In this document: one piece after another, positions 1-9,430 of the stretch
How positions within the stretch are numbered: position 1 is the stretch's first letter
Layout of the letters: every line of letters starts with the position of its first letter
Assembly (NCBI GenBank): GCA_051653085.1
Contig: JBOFVL010000046.1
Location: 5,749 to 69,748 of the forward strand
Source: Afipia sp.
GTDB lineage: Bacteria > Pseudomonadota > Alphaproteobacteria > Rhizobiales > Xanthobacteraceae
Length of the DNA stretch: 64,000 nucleotides
Direction: 5' to 3'
Made by a program: the position numbers and the translations under genes
Notes under the pieces: model-generated
Database searches by the model: none
What the model was told of the DNA's origin: nothing
The model's input: only the letters and a program-made list of their open reading frames with translations

Positions 1-2
1 AT

Positions 3-1040
3 GTGCTGGCGCTTGCGATATTGCCGGTCCGCTCGGAGATCGCGGCGGCGCGATTCCGGCAGGCACAGATTGCGGCCTTGAGTGAAACGCTTCGGGTCGC
101 CGCCGCCACGCGGCGGTCCTATTACCGCGCTATCGCCGCGCGCGAGCTTGCGGGCTTTCTCGCAGAGGCCCAATCCGGCGCCGAGACCGCGGCGAAATTC
201 GCCACCCGTCTCGGCGAGACCGGCGGGATGAACAAGCTGGACCAGGCGCGGGAGCAGGTGTTTTACGCCGATCTCACAGCGCAACTTGCGATGGCACGCC
301 AGCGTGGCGCCAGCGCGCGGGAATCGCTGATCCGCGCCATGGGACTGTGGGGCGACGATCTGGCGTTCAAGATGGCCAGTGCGCTTCCGCCGCTGCCGTC
401 GCGGCTGCAATCTCTGCCGGGGATCGAAACTGAGGCGGTTCGCCGTCACGTCGATCTGCAGATCGGGCGGATCGAACTCGATGCGCTGGCGAAGTCCTAC
501 GGGCTGACGCAGGCGACGCGCTTCATCAATGTGCTGGATGCCGGGTTTGCCGGAAAGACCATCAGAGACAAGGCAACCGGAGAGAAATTCCGCGAGCGCG
601 GCTTTGACGTCGAACTTCAGGTTCCGATTTTCGATTTCGGCGAAGTCCGAGTCAGGGAAGCCGAGGCGACCTACATGCACGCGGTCAACCGCCTGATGGA
701 GAGAGCAGTCAATGTTCGCTCCGAAGCGCGCGATGCGTATCGCACCTACAGATCGGCCTACGATATCGCGGGTCACTATCAGCGGGAGATCCTGCCGCTG
801 CGCAAGATCATCTCCGACGAAACCCTGCTTCGCTACAACGGAATGTTGATCGACGTGTTCGCGCTGCTAGCGGAGGCGCGTCAGCGCATCGCCGCGACGA
901 CGGCAGCGATCGAGGCGAAGCGGGATTTCTGGCTGGCCACCACCGATCTCAATACCGCGGTCATGGGCGGCGGCGTCCCCGGCCGGAACGAAACCGCGCA
1001 ATCGATATCCGGCGCATCCGCCGAACAACCTCAGCATTGA
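3..1040 (+). CDS. TolC-family outer membrane protein of a copper-resistance cluster (5' end truncated by window edge)
   Basis: Helical OEP-repeat-like sequence with the C-terminal motif 'YNGMLIDVFALLAEARQRI'; overlaps the multicopper oxidase start (TGA/ATG region 1037-1040). Confidence 0.8.
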   Translation: MLALAILPVRSEIAAARFRQAQIAALSETLRVAAATRRSYYRAIAARELAGFLAEAQSGAETAAKFATRLGETGGMNKLDQAREQVFYADLTAQLAMARQRGASARESLIRAMGLWGDDLAFKMASALPPLPSRLQSLPGIETEAVRRHVDLQIGRIELDALAKSYGLTQATRFINVLDAGFAGKTIRDKATGEKFRERGFDVELQVPIFDFGEVRVREAEATYMHAVNRLMERAVNVRSEARDAYRTYRSAYDIAGHYQREILPLRKIISDETLLRYNGMLIDVFALLAEARQRIAATTAAIEAKRDFWLATTDLNTAVMGGGVPGRNETAQSISGASAEQPQH

Positions 1041-2440
1041 AGGGAGCACGCATCATGATATCCCGCAGAACAATTCTCGGATCGGCGGCGGTGCTGGCCG
1101 GCGCCAGCGTCGTCAGCGGCCGGGTTCAGGCCGCGAGCATCCCCGAGGCCGCAACATCGACCGCCACCACGATGCAGCCGCCGCTGTTTCCCGCAAGCGG
1201 GCCGGACTATCAGCCGGTGGTGACGCTGAACGGCTGGACGCTGCCCTGGCGCATGAACGGCGACTGGAAGGAATTCCATCTGGTCGCGGAGCCCGTGAAG
1301 CGCGAATTCGCACCGGGCATGGTGGCGCATCTGTGGGGCTACAACGGTCAGGCGCCGGGCCCCACCATCGAAGCGGTGGAGGGTGACAAGGTCCGGATCT
1401 TCGTCACCAACAAATTGCCCGAACACACCAGCGTTCACTGGCACGGCATGATCCTGCCGAACGGCATGGATGGCGTCGGGGGCCTGACCCAGCCGCACAT
1501 CAAGCCGGGCAAGACATTCGTCTACGAGTTCGTGCTGAAGAAGAGCGGCACGTTCATGTACCACCCGCATTCCGACGAGATGGTGCAGATGGCCATGGGC
1601 ATGATGGGCTTCTTCGTCGTGCATCCGCGCGATCGAAAATTCATGCCGGTCGATCGCGATTTCGTCTTTCTCGCCAGCGCCTATGCCATCGAGCCGGGAT
1701 CGTATCTCCCGAAAGTCGCGGAGATGACCGACTTCAACATGTGGACATGGAACAGCCGCGTCTTTCCGGGAATCGATGCTCTCCCGGTCCGGCTCGGTGA
1801 CCGTGTGCGGGTGAGGATGGGGAATCTGACCATGACCAACCATCCGATGCATCTCCACGGTCACGAAATCTTCGTCACCTGCACCGATGGCGGATGGGTA
1901 CCCGAAACCGCGCGATGGCCGGAAGTCACCATCGATCTGCCGGTCGGCAGCATGCGCGCGTTCGAGTTCATCGCGGACGCGCCCGGCGACTGGGCGTTTC
2001 ATTGCCACAAGAGCCATCACACCATGAATGCGATGGGGCACGACATCCGCAATTTCGTCGGGGTGCAGAAGCGCGATCTGGTCAAGTCGGTGCGCAAGCT
2101 GGTGCCAGATTACATGCCGATGGGCACCGCCGGCATGGCCGACATGGGCGAGATGGAAATGCCGCTGCCGGACAACACGCTGCCGATGATGACCGGCTTC
2201 GGCCAGTTCGGCCCGATCGAAATGGGTGGCATGTTCACGACCGTCAAAATCCGCGAGGGGCTGGCGGCGAACGATTATTCGGACCCGCCTCCTTACAAGA
2301 ATCCCGCTGGAACGGTCGCCTACGAGGTCGCGAGCGCGACCGCACCTCCCGCGAAACAATCGGCTTCGCCGCCGCTGGCGTCGAAGCCTGCGATTGAGAT
2401 GAACGTGATCAAACCTCCCATGAACCACAAAGGACACTGA
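1037..2440 (+). CDS. Tat-exported multicopper oxidase (copper resistance)
   Basis: Twin-arginine signal SRRTILG; Cu-ligand motifs HWH, HPH, HPMHLHGH, HCHKSHHTMNAM; Met-rich C-terminal region. Confidence 0.92.
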   Translation: MKGARIMISRRTILGSAAVLAGASVVSGRVQAASIPEAATSTATTMQPPLFPASGPDYQPVVTLNGWTLPWRMNGDWKEFHLVAEPVKREFAPGMVAHLWGYNGQAPGPTIEAVEGDKVRIFVTNKLPEHTSVHWHGMILPNGMDGVGGLTQPHIKPGKTFVYEFVLKKSGTFMYHPHSDEMVQMAMGMMGFFVVHPRDRKFMPVDRDFVFLASAYAIEPGSYLPKVAEMTDFNMWTWNSRVFPGIDALPVRLGDRVRVRMGNLTMTNHPMHLHGHEIFVTCTDGGWVPETARWPEVTIDLPVGSMRAFEFIADAPGDWAFHCHKSHHTMNAMGHDIRNFVGVQKRDLVKSVRKLVPDYMPMGTAGMADMGEMEMPLPDNTLPMMTGFGQFGPIEMGGMFTTVKIREGLAANDYSDPPPYKNPAGTVAYEVASATAPPAKQSASPPLASKPAIEMNVIKPPMNHKGH

Positions 2441-2442
2441 AG

Positions 2443-2916
2443 ATGCGCGCTTTGAGAAAATCAAAAATCACCATGATCGCCGCCGCGCTGGCGGTGCTGC
2501 TGCCGGCTTCGTTCGGCCGCGCGCTAGCGCACGAAAGCCATGCGTCTTACGACGCCGGAGAACCCGGCGATCCGAAAAAGCCCTCGCGCGAGATCATCGT
2601 CGAGATGGGCGATCGGTTCTATCAGCCGAAGAAAATCGAGGTGAAGCGCGGCGAACAGGTCCGCTTCGTCATCCGCAACGATGGACACGAAGACCACGAG
2701 TTTCTGCTCGCCACCACCGAGGCGAATCTCAAGCACGCCGAAGCGATGAAGAAGAACCCCGGCATGGAGCACGATGAGCCGAACGGGATTCAGCTCTCGC
2801 CGAAGAAATCCGGCGAAATCGTCTGGAAATTCACGAAGGCCGGAACATTCGAGTTCTCGTGCCTGATCGAAGGTCATCGCGAAGACGGGATGATCGGCAC
2901 GGTCGTGGTGAAGTAA
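2443..2916 (+). CDS. Periplasmic cupredoxin (plastocyanin/azurin-like) copper-binding protein
   Basis: Signal peptide; HEF motif and C-terminal C-x4-H-x3-GM type-1 Cu site (CLIEGHREDGM). Confidence 0.88.
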   Translation: MRALRKSKITMIAAALAVLLPASFGRALAHESHASYDAGEPGDPKKPSREIIVEMGDRFYQPKKIEVKRGEQVRFVIRNDGHEDHEFLLATTEANLKHAEAMKKNPGMEHDEPNGIQLSPKKSGEIVWKFTKAGTFEFSCLIEGHREDGMIGTVVVK

Positions 2917-2942
2917 CGGATCAGAAAAACAGAGGAAGAAAC

Positions 2943-3248
2943 ATGCGGAAACTTGTTCTTGTAACGTCCTGCCTCGTGGCGCTGTCGGGTTTGATCTCCG
3001 GAATGCAGGTGCTTGCTCAGTCGCTGCCCGTGGACGGAACCGTCACGAAGATCGACGAGGCGGCCGGGAAGATCACCCTCAGACATGGCCCGATCAAGAA
3101 GCTGGATATGGACGAGGGGATGACGATGGTCTTCAAGGCCCAGACCCCGGAAATGCTGAAGCAGGTGAAGGTCGGCGACAAGGTCAAGTTCGACGCCGAC
3201 AGGGTTAACGGGCAGATGACCGTGACGGGAATCCAGAAGGCGAAGTAG
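2943..3248 (+). CDS. cusF: CusF-family periplasmic copper-binding protein
   Basis: Signal peptide; 'ITLRHGPIKKLDMDEGMTMVF...VKVGDKVKF' CusF signature. ATG at 2943 follows GAGG RBS. Confidence 0.85.
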   Translation: MRKLVLVTSCLVALSGLISGMQVLAQSLPVDGTVTKIDEAAGKITLRHGPIKKLDMDEGMTMVFKAQTPEMLKQVKVGDKVKFDADRVNGQMTVTGIQKAK

Positions 3249-3269
3249 CTTCTCGCCGCCGCAGCCGGG

Positions 3270-3305
3270 TGCCGGGTAATGCCCTGACAAAGGCGTTACC
3301 CGGCA
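3270..3305 (+). terminator. Hairpin after the copper operon, probable terminator
   Basis: tgccgggtaatgcc / ggcgttacccggca 14-bp stem (one G-T), 8-nt loop, weak T tail. Confidence 0.55.
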
Positions 3306-3391
3306 GTTTCTCGCCAATTGCCACCGATCTGTCGCAGTTGATCCCTCAATCGGCCTAAAAGTTCCCGCATCCAACGCCGCGGGGAGTTGTG

Positions 3392-4294
3392 ATGATCAAG
3401 AAGCTGTTCACCAAGTACTTTTTAGAGGTCATTCCGTCGATCGTGGCGACGGTGGTCGGTGCGTACATCGTCACGCACTACATCAACGCCAAGTCGGAAA
3501 CGGATAAGCCGAAGGCTGCGATCTCGGCCCCCGTCGGAACCTCGAAGGACGCTACCCCCCAAACGCTGAAGGCTGACGACTCCGGCGACAAGGCCGCGAA
3601 AGTTGAGAGCGCAAAAGCCGAGGCTGCCAGGCTGAAGGCTGAAAAGCTTGCCCTCGAAAAGGCCGCCGCGGAGCGGGCCGCTGTCGATCGGGCTGAGAAC
3701 GCGAAGAGAGCCGCCGAAAAGCTCGCGGCCGAGAAGGCTGCCAGCGACAAGGCTGTCGCTGAGAAACTCGCCAGCGAGAAAGCCGCTGCCGAGAAGCGGG
3801 AGAAGCCGGTTGCGAAGTCAGCACCCGCTGCTCCGCTGCCTGCCGAGGCCAATGCCGCGCCCGAGCGCGATGCCAACGATCTGGCGCGCGCTGCGATCGA
3901 GCGGCTGCGCAAGGCTACCCCACAATCCTCCGAGGTGCCCCGTGCGCCGGAAGCCGCGCGTGCCGAAGAGCCGGCGAAGCCGCAGCCTGAACGGGCCAGG
4001 GTCAACAGCGTCGTCTATGCCCCGGCCCCCGCAGCGCCACAGCCGTCGGTTCAGCCACTCCCGCCTGCGGTCACCGTCGCACCGCCGCCGCCGGAAGTTG
4101 CGATTACTGCGCCGCCGGCGCCGTTTCCCCGGCCTGTGGATGAGGCGAGTGATGATTTACGTCTGACGCCGCCTGCGGATATTCCGTCCCGCCCGCTCGA
4201 CCTTCGCGCCCGTGAGCGGGATCGTTCCGTTGCCGAGGGCGTCGTCTCGGCGGCACGGTCGGTGTTCCACGCCGTGATCCCGGAACGCAACTAG
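3392..4294 (+). CDS. Hypothetical membrane-anchored protein with Ala/Glu/Lys repeats and Pro-rich linker
   Basis: N-terminal hydrophobic segment, 5-aa periodic (A-x-E-K-x) repeats, Pro-rich region; GGGGAG RBS upstream. Confidence 0.75.
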   Translation: MIKKLFTKYFLEVIPSIVATVVGAYIVTHYINAKSETDKPKAAISAPVGTSKDATPQTLKADDSGDKAAKVESAKAEAARLKAEKLALEKAAAERAAVDRAENAKRAAEKLAAEKAASDKAVAEKLASEKAAAEKREKPVAKSAPAAPLPAEANAAPERDANDLARAAIERLRKATPQSSEVPRAPEAARAEEPAKPQPERARVNSVVYAPAPAAPQPSVQPLPPAVTVAPPPPEVAITAPPAPFPRPVDEASDDLRLTPPADIPSRPLDLRARERDRSVAEGVVSAARSVFHAVIPERN

Positions 4295-5451
4295 GTTTTC
4301 TGTTTCGCGCGGCCCTTCGCCGCCGGCGCTTTCGCTGGGACGGTTCTAGGGCCTTCGGCATTTGCAGTCGTCCCGGCATCGACGATATCCAGAAATTCCC
4401 TGACTGTACTGACTGCGCCTGGGTTCGCCGCGACGTAGCCTGGGAGTTGCGAGACCGCGTCATGAAATGCCTGGCCCTTCATGACATCGAGCACGCGCTG
4501 CATCGGCTCGGTGTCGAGAAACGCTCTCCGGCAAACGAAGAAATAATCCTCGGTCAGCAACCGCACGAAATCGAGATCGAACTGCCGCGCCGCCGCCTCG
4601 ACGCCAAAGGCTGCGTCCGCCATGCCGCTCGCCACATAGGCCGCGACCGCAGCGTGGGTGAATTCCATCTGCTGCGCGCCGTTGATCTTCGCCTCGTCGA
4701 TGCTTTGCTGCGCCAGCAACTGATCGAACAGCGTGCGCGTTCCGGAATCGTGGTCGCGGTTGACGAAGCGGGCTTTGGTGTCGATGAGGTCTTTCAGCGA
4801 TCCGATCTTGAGAGGATTGCCGCGCTTGACCATCAGGCCCATCTCACGCGTCACGAAGCTGATGACGCGGTCCTCGCGGGGATCGAGCCAGTCACGGCAG
4901 GCTTTAATGGCTTGAGCGCGCAGCTCACCGCGCGGGATGTGCACGCCGGACAGATCGCAGGCGCCCTGCGCCAGCGACACCAGCGAGTTCTGGTTGCTCA
5001 CATAACGCAGGTCGACACCGATCCCCGGCTCCTTGTCGAGCAGCTCACGCAGCCTTGAGACCGCGAAGCCGTGGCTGGCATGAACGCGGATGACGCTGGG
5101 CCGTTGATGCAGGAAGGGCTTGATCTCGGTGGCGAGTTCCTGCGCCAGATTTTCAAGCTGCGGGCCGAGGCGGGCCTGCATGCGCTGCCCGGCCCAGACC
5201 AGCTTTTCGCCGAAGGCCGTCAGCGAGGTGCCCTTGCCGCGATGGGTTTCGACCAGCGGCACGCCGAAGAACGCGGACCATTGCTCCACCAGATTCCAGA
5301 CGTGCCGGTAGGAGAGGTGGGCGTGCTCCGCCGCACTGGTGAGTTTTCCGGTTTCGCGGATCTGGTTGAGGATTCCGAGCATGACCACGGCGGTCTGTGG
5401 GCTGCCTTCCTTGTGAAAGCGCCAGACGGGCTCGATCTCGATATGCAGCAT
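4291..5451 (-). CDS. ModE/LysR-type HTH regulator fused to a PBP-superfamily sensing domain (FdsR-like)
   Basis: HTH 'AAEHAHLSYRHVWNLV...GKGTSLT'; PBP domain 'FVNRDHDSGTRTLFD', 'THAAVAAYVASGMADAAFG'. Confidence 0.85.
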   Translation of the reverse strand: MLHIEIEPVWRFHKEGSPQTAVVMLGILNQIRETGKLTSAAEHAHLSYRHVWNLVEQWSAFFGVPLVETHRGKGTSLTAFGEKLVWAGQRMQARLGPQLENLAQELATEIKPFLHQRPSVIRVHASHGFAVSRLRELLDKEPGIGVDLRYVSNQNSLVSLAQGACDLSGVHIPRGELRAQAIKACRDWLDPREDRVISFVTREMGLMVKRGNPLKIGSLKDLIDTKARFVNRDHDSGTRTLFDQLLAQQSIDEAKINGAQQMEFTHAAVAAYVASGMADAAFGVEAAARQFDLDFVRLLTEDYFFVCRRAFLDTEPMQRVLDVMKGQAFHDAVSQLPGYVAANPGAVSTVREFLDIVDAGTTANAEGPRTVPAKAPAAKGRAKQKT

Positions 5452-5464
5452 CGTTCCGCCCTCT

Positions 5465-5509
5465 TATGAAATGTATTTCATATGATCGTGGTCTATTGGC
5501 ACATCATAT
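5465..5509. promoter_or_regulatory. Candidate operator(s) between the divergent regulator and aldehyde dehydrogenase
   Basis: Perfect inverted repeat TATGAAAT-gt-ATTTCATA (5465-5482) overlapping ATATGAT-N16-ATCATAT (5480-5509) in an AT-rich spacer. Confidence 0.5.
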
Positions 5510-5563
5510 CATATTTACTCTGGCATATTTAATACACAAATTAGAGGAAAGAACAGGAGAAAT

Positions 5564-7054
5564 ATGATGTCGATTGCATATGATCTTTCCCATGACACAT
5601 TCCGCGACGCCGCTGTCGTTCTCCGCAAACAGCTTTTGATCGACGGCCAGCACGTCGAGTCGGTGTCAGGGCGCACCTTCAACACCCTCAATCCCGCCAC
5701 CGGGCAGGTCATCGCGACCATCTCTGAGGGCAACGAAGCCGACGTCGAGCGCGCTGTCGCTGCCGCGCGCCGCGCCTTCGAAGGCACCTGGGGCAACATG
5801 CGCCCCGCCGAGCGCGGCCACATCCTCTTCCGGCTCGCAGAGTTGATGAAGCAGCACGGCGATGAACTGGCCGAACTGGAAAGCCGAGACGCAGGCAAGC
5901 CGATCGCTGCGGTGCTGCGGCAGGATCTTCCCGCGGCCATCGATACGCTGACCTATTACGCCGGCTGGGCCGACAAGATTCACGGCGACACCGTGCCGAC
6001 GCGCAGCGATGCGCTGACCTACACCGTGCGCGAGCCGGTCGGCGTTGTGGCCGCGATCGTGCCATGGAATTTCCCGCTGATGATCGGCATGTGGAAGCTT
6101 GCGCCTGCGTTGGCCTGCGGTTGCACTATCGTGATGAAGCCCGCTGAACTGACCTCACTATCGGCGCTGCGCATCGGCGAACTCGCGCTCGAAGCAGGGT
6201 TACCGCCGGGCGTGCTCAACATCGTGCCGGGTCCCGGCCGCGTGGTCGGCGATGCACTGGTCAACCATCCCGGCGTGGACAAGGTGACGTTCACCGGCTC
6301 GCCCGGCGTCGGCCGCGGCATCCTTCGAGGTGCGGCGGGCAACTTCAAGCGCGTGTCGCTCGAACTCGGCGGCAAATCGGCCAACGTGATTTTCGATGAC
6401 GCCGATCTGGATGCCGCGACCAAGGCTGCTGCGGCGGGCATCTTCTTCAATGCCGGGCAGGTGTGTTCGGCTGGTTCGCGCGTGCTGGCTCACGAGAAGG
6501 TCTACGATGAAGTGGTCGCGCGGCTGACCGCGCGCGCCGAGGCGCTGCGCATGGGCGACACTGCCGACAAGACGACGGTGCTCGGTCCGGTGATCTCCGA
6601 GAAGCAGATGAAGTCGATCCTCGACTACGTCGACATCGGCCAGAAGGAAGGCGCGACGTTGGTCACCGGTGGTCAGCATGTCGGCGATCGCGGCTACTAC
6701 ATCAGCCCGGCCGTGTTCGCGAACGTGAAGCACGAGATGCGGATCTCGCAGGAAGAAATCTTCGGCCCCGTCGTCAACGTTATCAAGTTCAAGGACGAAG
6801 CCGACGCGCTGCGGATTGCCAACGGCACTGCGTTCAGCCTTGCCGCGGGCGTCTGGAGCCGCGACATCGGCCGCGTGCAGCGCTTTGCGAAGAAGGCGAA
6901 AGCCGGCACGGTCTGGATCAACACTTATGGCTACACCGACGTGCGGTTGCCGTGGGGCGGTGCGGGCGATTCAGGTTTCGGTCGCGAGCACGGCACGGAA
7001 GCTCTTGCAAATTTCACCGAGCCGAAAGCGGTCTGGATGAACCTGAACGTTTGA
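5564..7054 (+). CDS. NAD(P)-dependent aldehyde dehydrogenase
   Basis: PWNFP, FTGS, LELGGKS (catalytic Glu), GQVCSAGSR (catalytic Cys), EEIFGPV. Confidence 0.95.
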   Translation: MMSIAYDLSHDTFRDAAVVLRKQLLIDGQHVESVSGRTFNTLNPATGQVIATISEGNEADVERAVAAARRAFEGTWGNMRPAERGHILFRLAELMKQHGDELAELESRDAGKPIAAVLRQDLPAAIDTLTYYAGWADKIHGDTVPTRSDALTYTVREPVGVVAAIVPWNFPLMIGMWKLAPALACGCTIVMKPAELTSLSALRIGELALEAGLPPGVLNIVPGPGRVVGDALVNHPGVDKVTFTGSPGVGRGILRGAAGNFKRVSLELGGKSANVIFDDADLDAATKAAAAGIFFNAGQVCSAGSRVLAHEKVYDEVVARLTARAEALRMGDTADKTTVLGPVISEKQMKSILDYVDIGQKEGATLVTGGQHVGDRGYYISPAVFANVKHEMRISQEEIFGPVVNVIKFKDEADALRIANGTAFSLAAGVWSRDIGRVQRFAKKAKAGTVWINTYGYTDVRLPWGGAGDSGFGREHGTEALANFTEPKAVWMNLNV

Positions 7055-7079
7055 GTCTCGTCTCCTCCCCGAGCAAGCT

Positions 7080-7113
7080 CAAACAAAAACGCGGGCCGCG
7101 AGGCCCGCGTTTT
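7080..7113. terminator. Bidirectional terminator, copy 1 of a 34-bp direct repeat
   Basis: caaacaaaaacgcgggccgcgaggcccgcgtttt; stem aaaacgcgggcc/ggcccgcgtttt. Confidence 0.8.
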
Positions 7114-7216
7114 CTTTTGCGGTGGTATCCCGCGTCCTCGGATTGCCGGATTTGATTGTCCATGATCCGATGCAGGCGAAATTCCGCAGCCGTGGTTGCA
7201 TCGCCAGTTGGGGGTT

Positions 7217-8020
7217 ATGAAAATCGTTCAATGGATCGCGACGCTCGCCATCGCGGCCTATCTGGCTGCCGCGGCGGCGCTGTACATCTTTCAGCGGGCA
7301 CTGCTCTATCCCGCGCCTCAGACCACGCGAACTGATCCCGCCGCAGCGGGATTTCCGGAAGCGCAGGAAGTCGTCCTCGACACCAAAGACGGCGAGAAGG
7401 TCATCGTCTGGCACGTCCCGCCGAAAGCGGGAAAGCCGGTGGTGCTGTTCTTCCACGGCAACGGTGAAGTGCTGGCGTGGCGCGTGCCACGCTTTCGCGC
7501 CGTCACCACCGACGGCACCGGCCTCGTTGCGCTGTCGTTCCGTGGTTACGGCGGCTCCAGCGGCAAGCCGACCGAAGCGGGTTTGCTGACCGACGCGGCG
7601 GCAGCTTATGCGTTCGCAGCGGCGCAGTATTCGCCGGAGCGCATCGTGGCGTGGGGCTATTCGCTCGGCGCCGGTGTCGCGGTTGCCACCGCCGCGAGCC
7701 GGCCGGTTGGCAAACTTGTTCTCGAAGCGCCCTATACGTCGATCATCGATGTCGCCACGGCGTTGTTCTGGTACATGCCGGTGCGCTGGCTGATACGGGA
7801 CAGCTTTCGGTCGGATGAGTGGATCGCGGGTGTGAAAGTCCCGTTGCTGATCATGCATGGGGAGAAGGATACGGTCGTCCCTGAACGGCTGGGGCGGCGG
7901 CTGTTCGATCTTGCGCCCGGTCCGAAACGGTTCGTGCCGTTCCAGCTCGGCACCCACGTCAACCTCGATGACTATGGCGCAGTGGACGTCGCGCGTGCCT
8001 TCATCGACGGCAAGGACTAA
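7217..8020 (+). CDS. Alpha/beta hydrolase (BEM46/ABHD13-like), N-terminal membrane anchor
   Basis: FFHGNG, RGYGGS, nucleophile GYSLG, HGEKD, GTH. Confidence 0.88.
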   Translation: MKIVQWIATLAIAAYLAAAAALYIFQRALLYPAPQTTRTDPAAAGFPEAQEVVLDTKDGEKVIVWHVPPKAGKPVVLFFHGNGEVLAWRVPRFRAVTTDGTGLVALSFRGYGGSSGKPTEAGLLTDAAAAYAFAAAQYSPERIVAWGYSLGAGVAVATAASRPVGKLVLEAPYTSIIDVATALFWYMPVRWLIRDSFRSDEWIAGVKVPLLIMHGEKDTVVPERLGRRLFDLAPGPKRFVPFQLGTHVNLDDYGAVDVARAFIDGKD

Positions 8021-8028
8021 TCTTCGCG

Positions 8029-8062
8029 CAAACAAAAACGCGGGCCGCAAGGCCCGCGTTTT
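8029..8062. terminator. Bidirectional terminator, copy 2 of the 34-bp direct repeat (rpsU terminator)
   Basis: caaacaaaaacgcgggccgcaaggcccgcgtttt; differs from copy 1 by one loop base. Confidence 0.8.
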
Positions 8063-8086
8063 CATATTCAAATTTGATTGAAGCGC

Positions 8087-8392
8087 TTAGCGCGGTCCGC
8101 GCGGACCTGCACCAGCGCCGCCACGGCCGCCGCCAGCACCACGCTCTGCGCCAGGACCCGCGCCGAACACCGGCTTCGGCTTCATCGGCAGCAGGCCTTC
8201 GCGCTGCAGCTTCTTGCGCGCCAGCTTGCGTGCGCGGCGAACGGCTTCCGCCTTCTCGCGGGCCTTCTTCTCGGAGGGCTTTTCGTAATGACCGCGGAGC
8301 TTCATCTCGCGGAAAATGCCCTCGCGCTGCATCTTCTTCTTCAGCGCCTTGAGAGCCTGGTCGACATTGTTATCGCGGACGAGAACCTGCAC
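8087..8392 (-). CDS. rpsU: 30S ribosomal protein S21 (bS21)
   Basis: [31 protein letters not shown]...YEKPSEKK; Gly-rich C-terminal tail. Confidence 0.97.
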   Translation of the reverse strand: MQVLVRDNNVDQALKALKKKMQREGIFREMKLRGHYEKPSEKKAREKAEAVRRARKLARKKLQREGLLPMKPKPVFGAGPGAERGAGGGRGGAGAGPRGPR

Positions 8393-8665
8393 GCGGCATC
8401 CTCTTTGGTTTCATCAGGAAAATCAGGAGACGACGAAGGGCCGACTAAAGGCCAAGCCCTTCTCATCGAAGGCGCGGATGTACCAGATCAAACCGGGAAT
8501 GTCCACCTGTGGACGGCCTTTTTCAGGGACCCAAACGTCACGATTTCGGGGCAAATTGGGCGAGCCGGGCCGCGCGATTCGGGGGATTTGGGAAAGTCTA
8601 GAACTCCGATTTTGACGGTTCCCGTCGTTAGGGTGATCCAACACCACGATTCAGGGAGACGTGAC

Positions 8666-9379
8666 ATGAATGCGAAGAAGTATGCCGCCGAGGTCATCGG
8701 CACGTTCTGGCTCACATTTGCAGGCTGCGGCAGTGCGGTCCTTGCGGCGGCTTTTCCGCAGGTCGGCATCGGCCTGCTCGGGGTCTCGTTTGCCTTTGGC
8801 CTCAGCGTCGTCACCATGGCGTTCGCCATCGGCCATATTTCCGGCTGCCATCTCAATCCGGCCGTCACGGTCGGGCTTGCCGCAGGCGGTCGCTTCCCGG
8901 CGGGGCAGGTTGTTCCTTACATCATTGCCCAGGTTATCGGCGCGATCCTGGGGGCAGGCCTGCTGTACATTATCGCCAGCGGCAAGGCCGGGTTCGACCT
9001 CGCGGGCGGCTTTGCTTCGAATGGTTACGCCGACCATTCGCCCGGCAAATACAGTCTGCTGGCCTGCTTCGTCTCCGAAGTGGCCATGACGGCGATGTTC
9101 CTGTTCATCATCATGGGGGCCACCCACGGCAAGGCGCCAGCCGGTTTTGCTCCGCTGGCGATCGGCCTTGCGCTGGTGATGATCCATCTCGTCAGCATTC
9201 CGGTCACCAATACGTCCGTAAACCCGGCGCGCAGCACCGGTCCTGCCTTGTTCGTCGGCGGCTGGGCCATTCAGCAACTCTGGCTGTTCTGGGTTGCGCC
9301 GTTGATCGGCGGCGTCATCGGCGGGGTTGTCTATCGCTGGCTGAGCGATGAGCCGGAAGGAATCGTCGCCGGTAGGTGA
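8666..9379 (+). CDS. aqpZ: Aquaporin Z
   Basis: Two NPA motifs ([18 protein letters not shown]); ATG at 8666 after GGGAG RBS. Confidence 0.96.
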   Translation: MNAKKYAAEVIGTFWLTFAGCGSAVLAAAFPQVGIGLLGVSFAFGLSVVTMAFAIGHISGCHLNPAVTVGLAAGGRFPAGQVVPYIIAQVIGAILGAGLLYIIASGKAGFDLAGGFASNGYADHSPGKYSLLACFVSEVAMTAMFLFIIMGATHGKAPAGFAPLAIGLALVMIHLVSIPVTNTSVNPARSTGPALFVGGWAIQQLWLFWVAPLIGGVIGGVVYRWLSDEPEGIVAGR

Positions 9380-9398
9380 CGTCTGATTTTCAGATGAG

Positions 9399-9426
9399 AG
9401 GCTGTCGCGAGTGATCGCGGCAGCCT
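9399..9426. terminator. Hairpin between convergent aqpZ and purK
   Basis: aggctgtcgcga-gtga-tcgcggcagcct, 12-bp stem. Confidence 0.65.
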
Positions 9427-9430
9427 TTAT

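Noticed and set aside
3-3248. TolC-MCO-cupredoxin-CusF cluster as a novel system
   Set aside because: This four-gene copper-resistance arrangement is already known in Hyphomicrobiales.
3640-3810. Periodic repeats resembling a short array
   Set aside because: Degenerate 15-nt coding repeats without unique spacers; not CRISPR.
8087-8170. Gly/Arg-rich C-terminal tail on S21
   Set aside because: Recalled as common in this lineage's bS21; not distinctive.
8078-9379. 433-aa ORF extending aqpZ upstream
   Set aside because: The extension is antisense to rpsU; the real start is ATG 8666 with an RBS.
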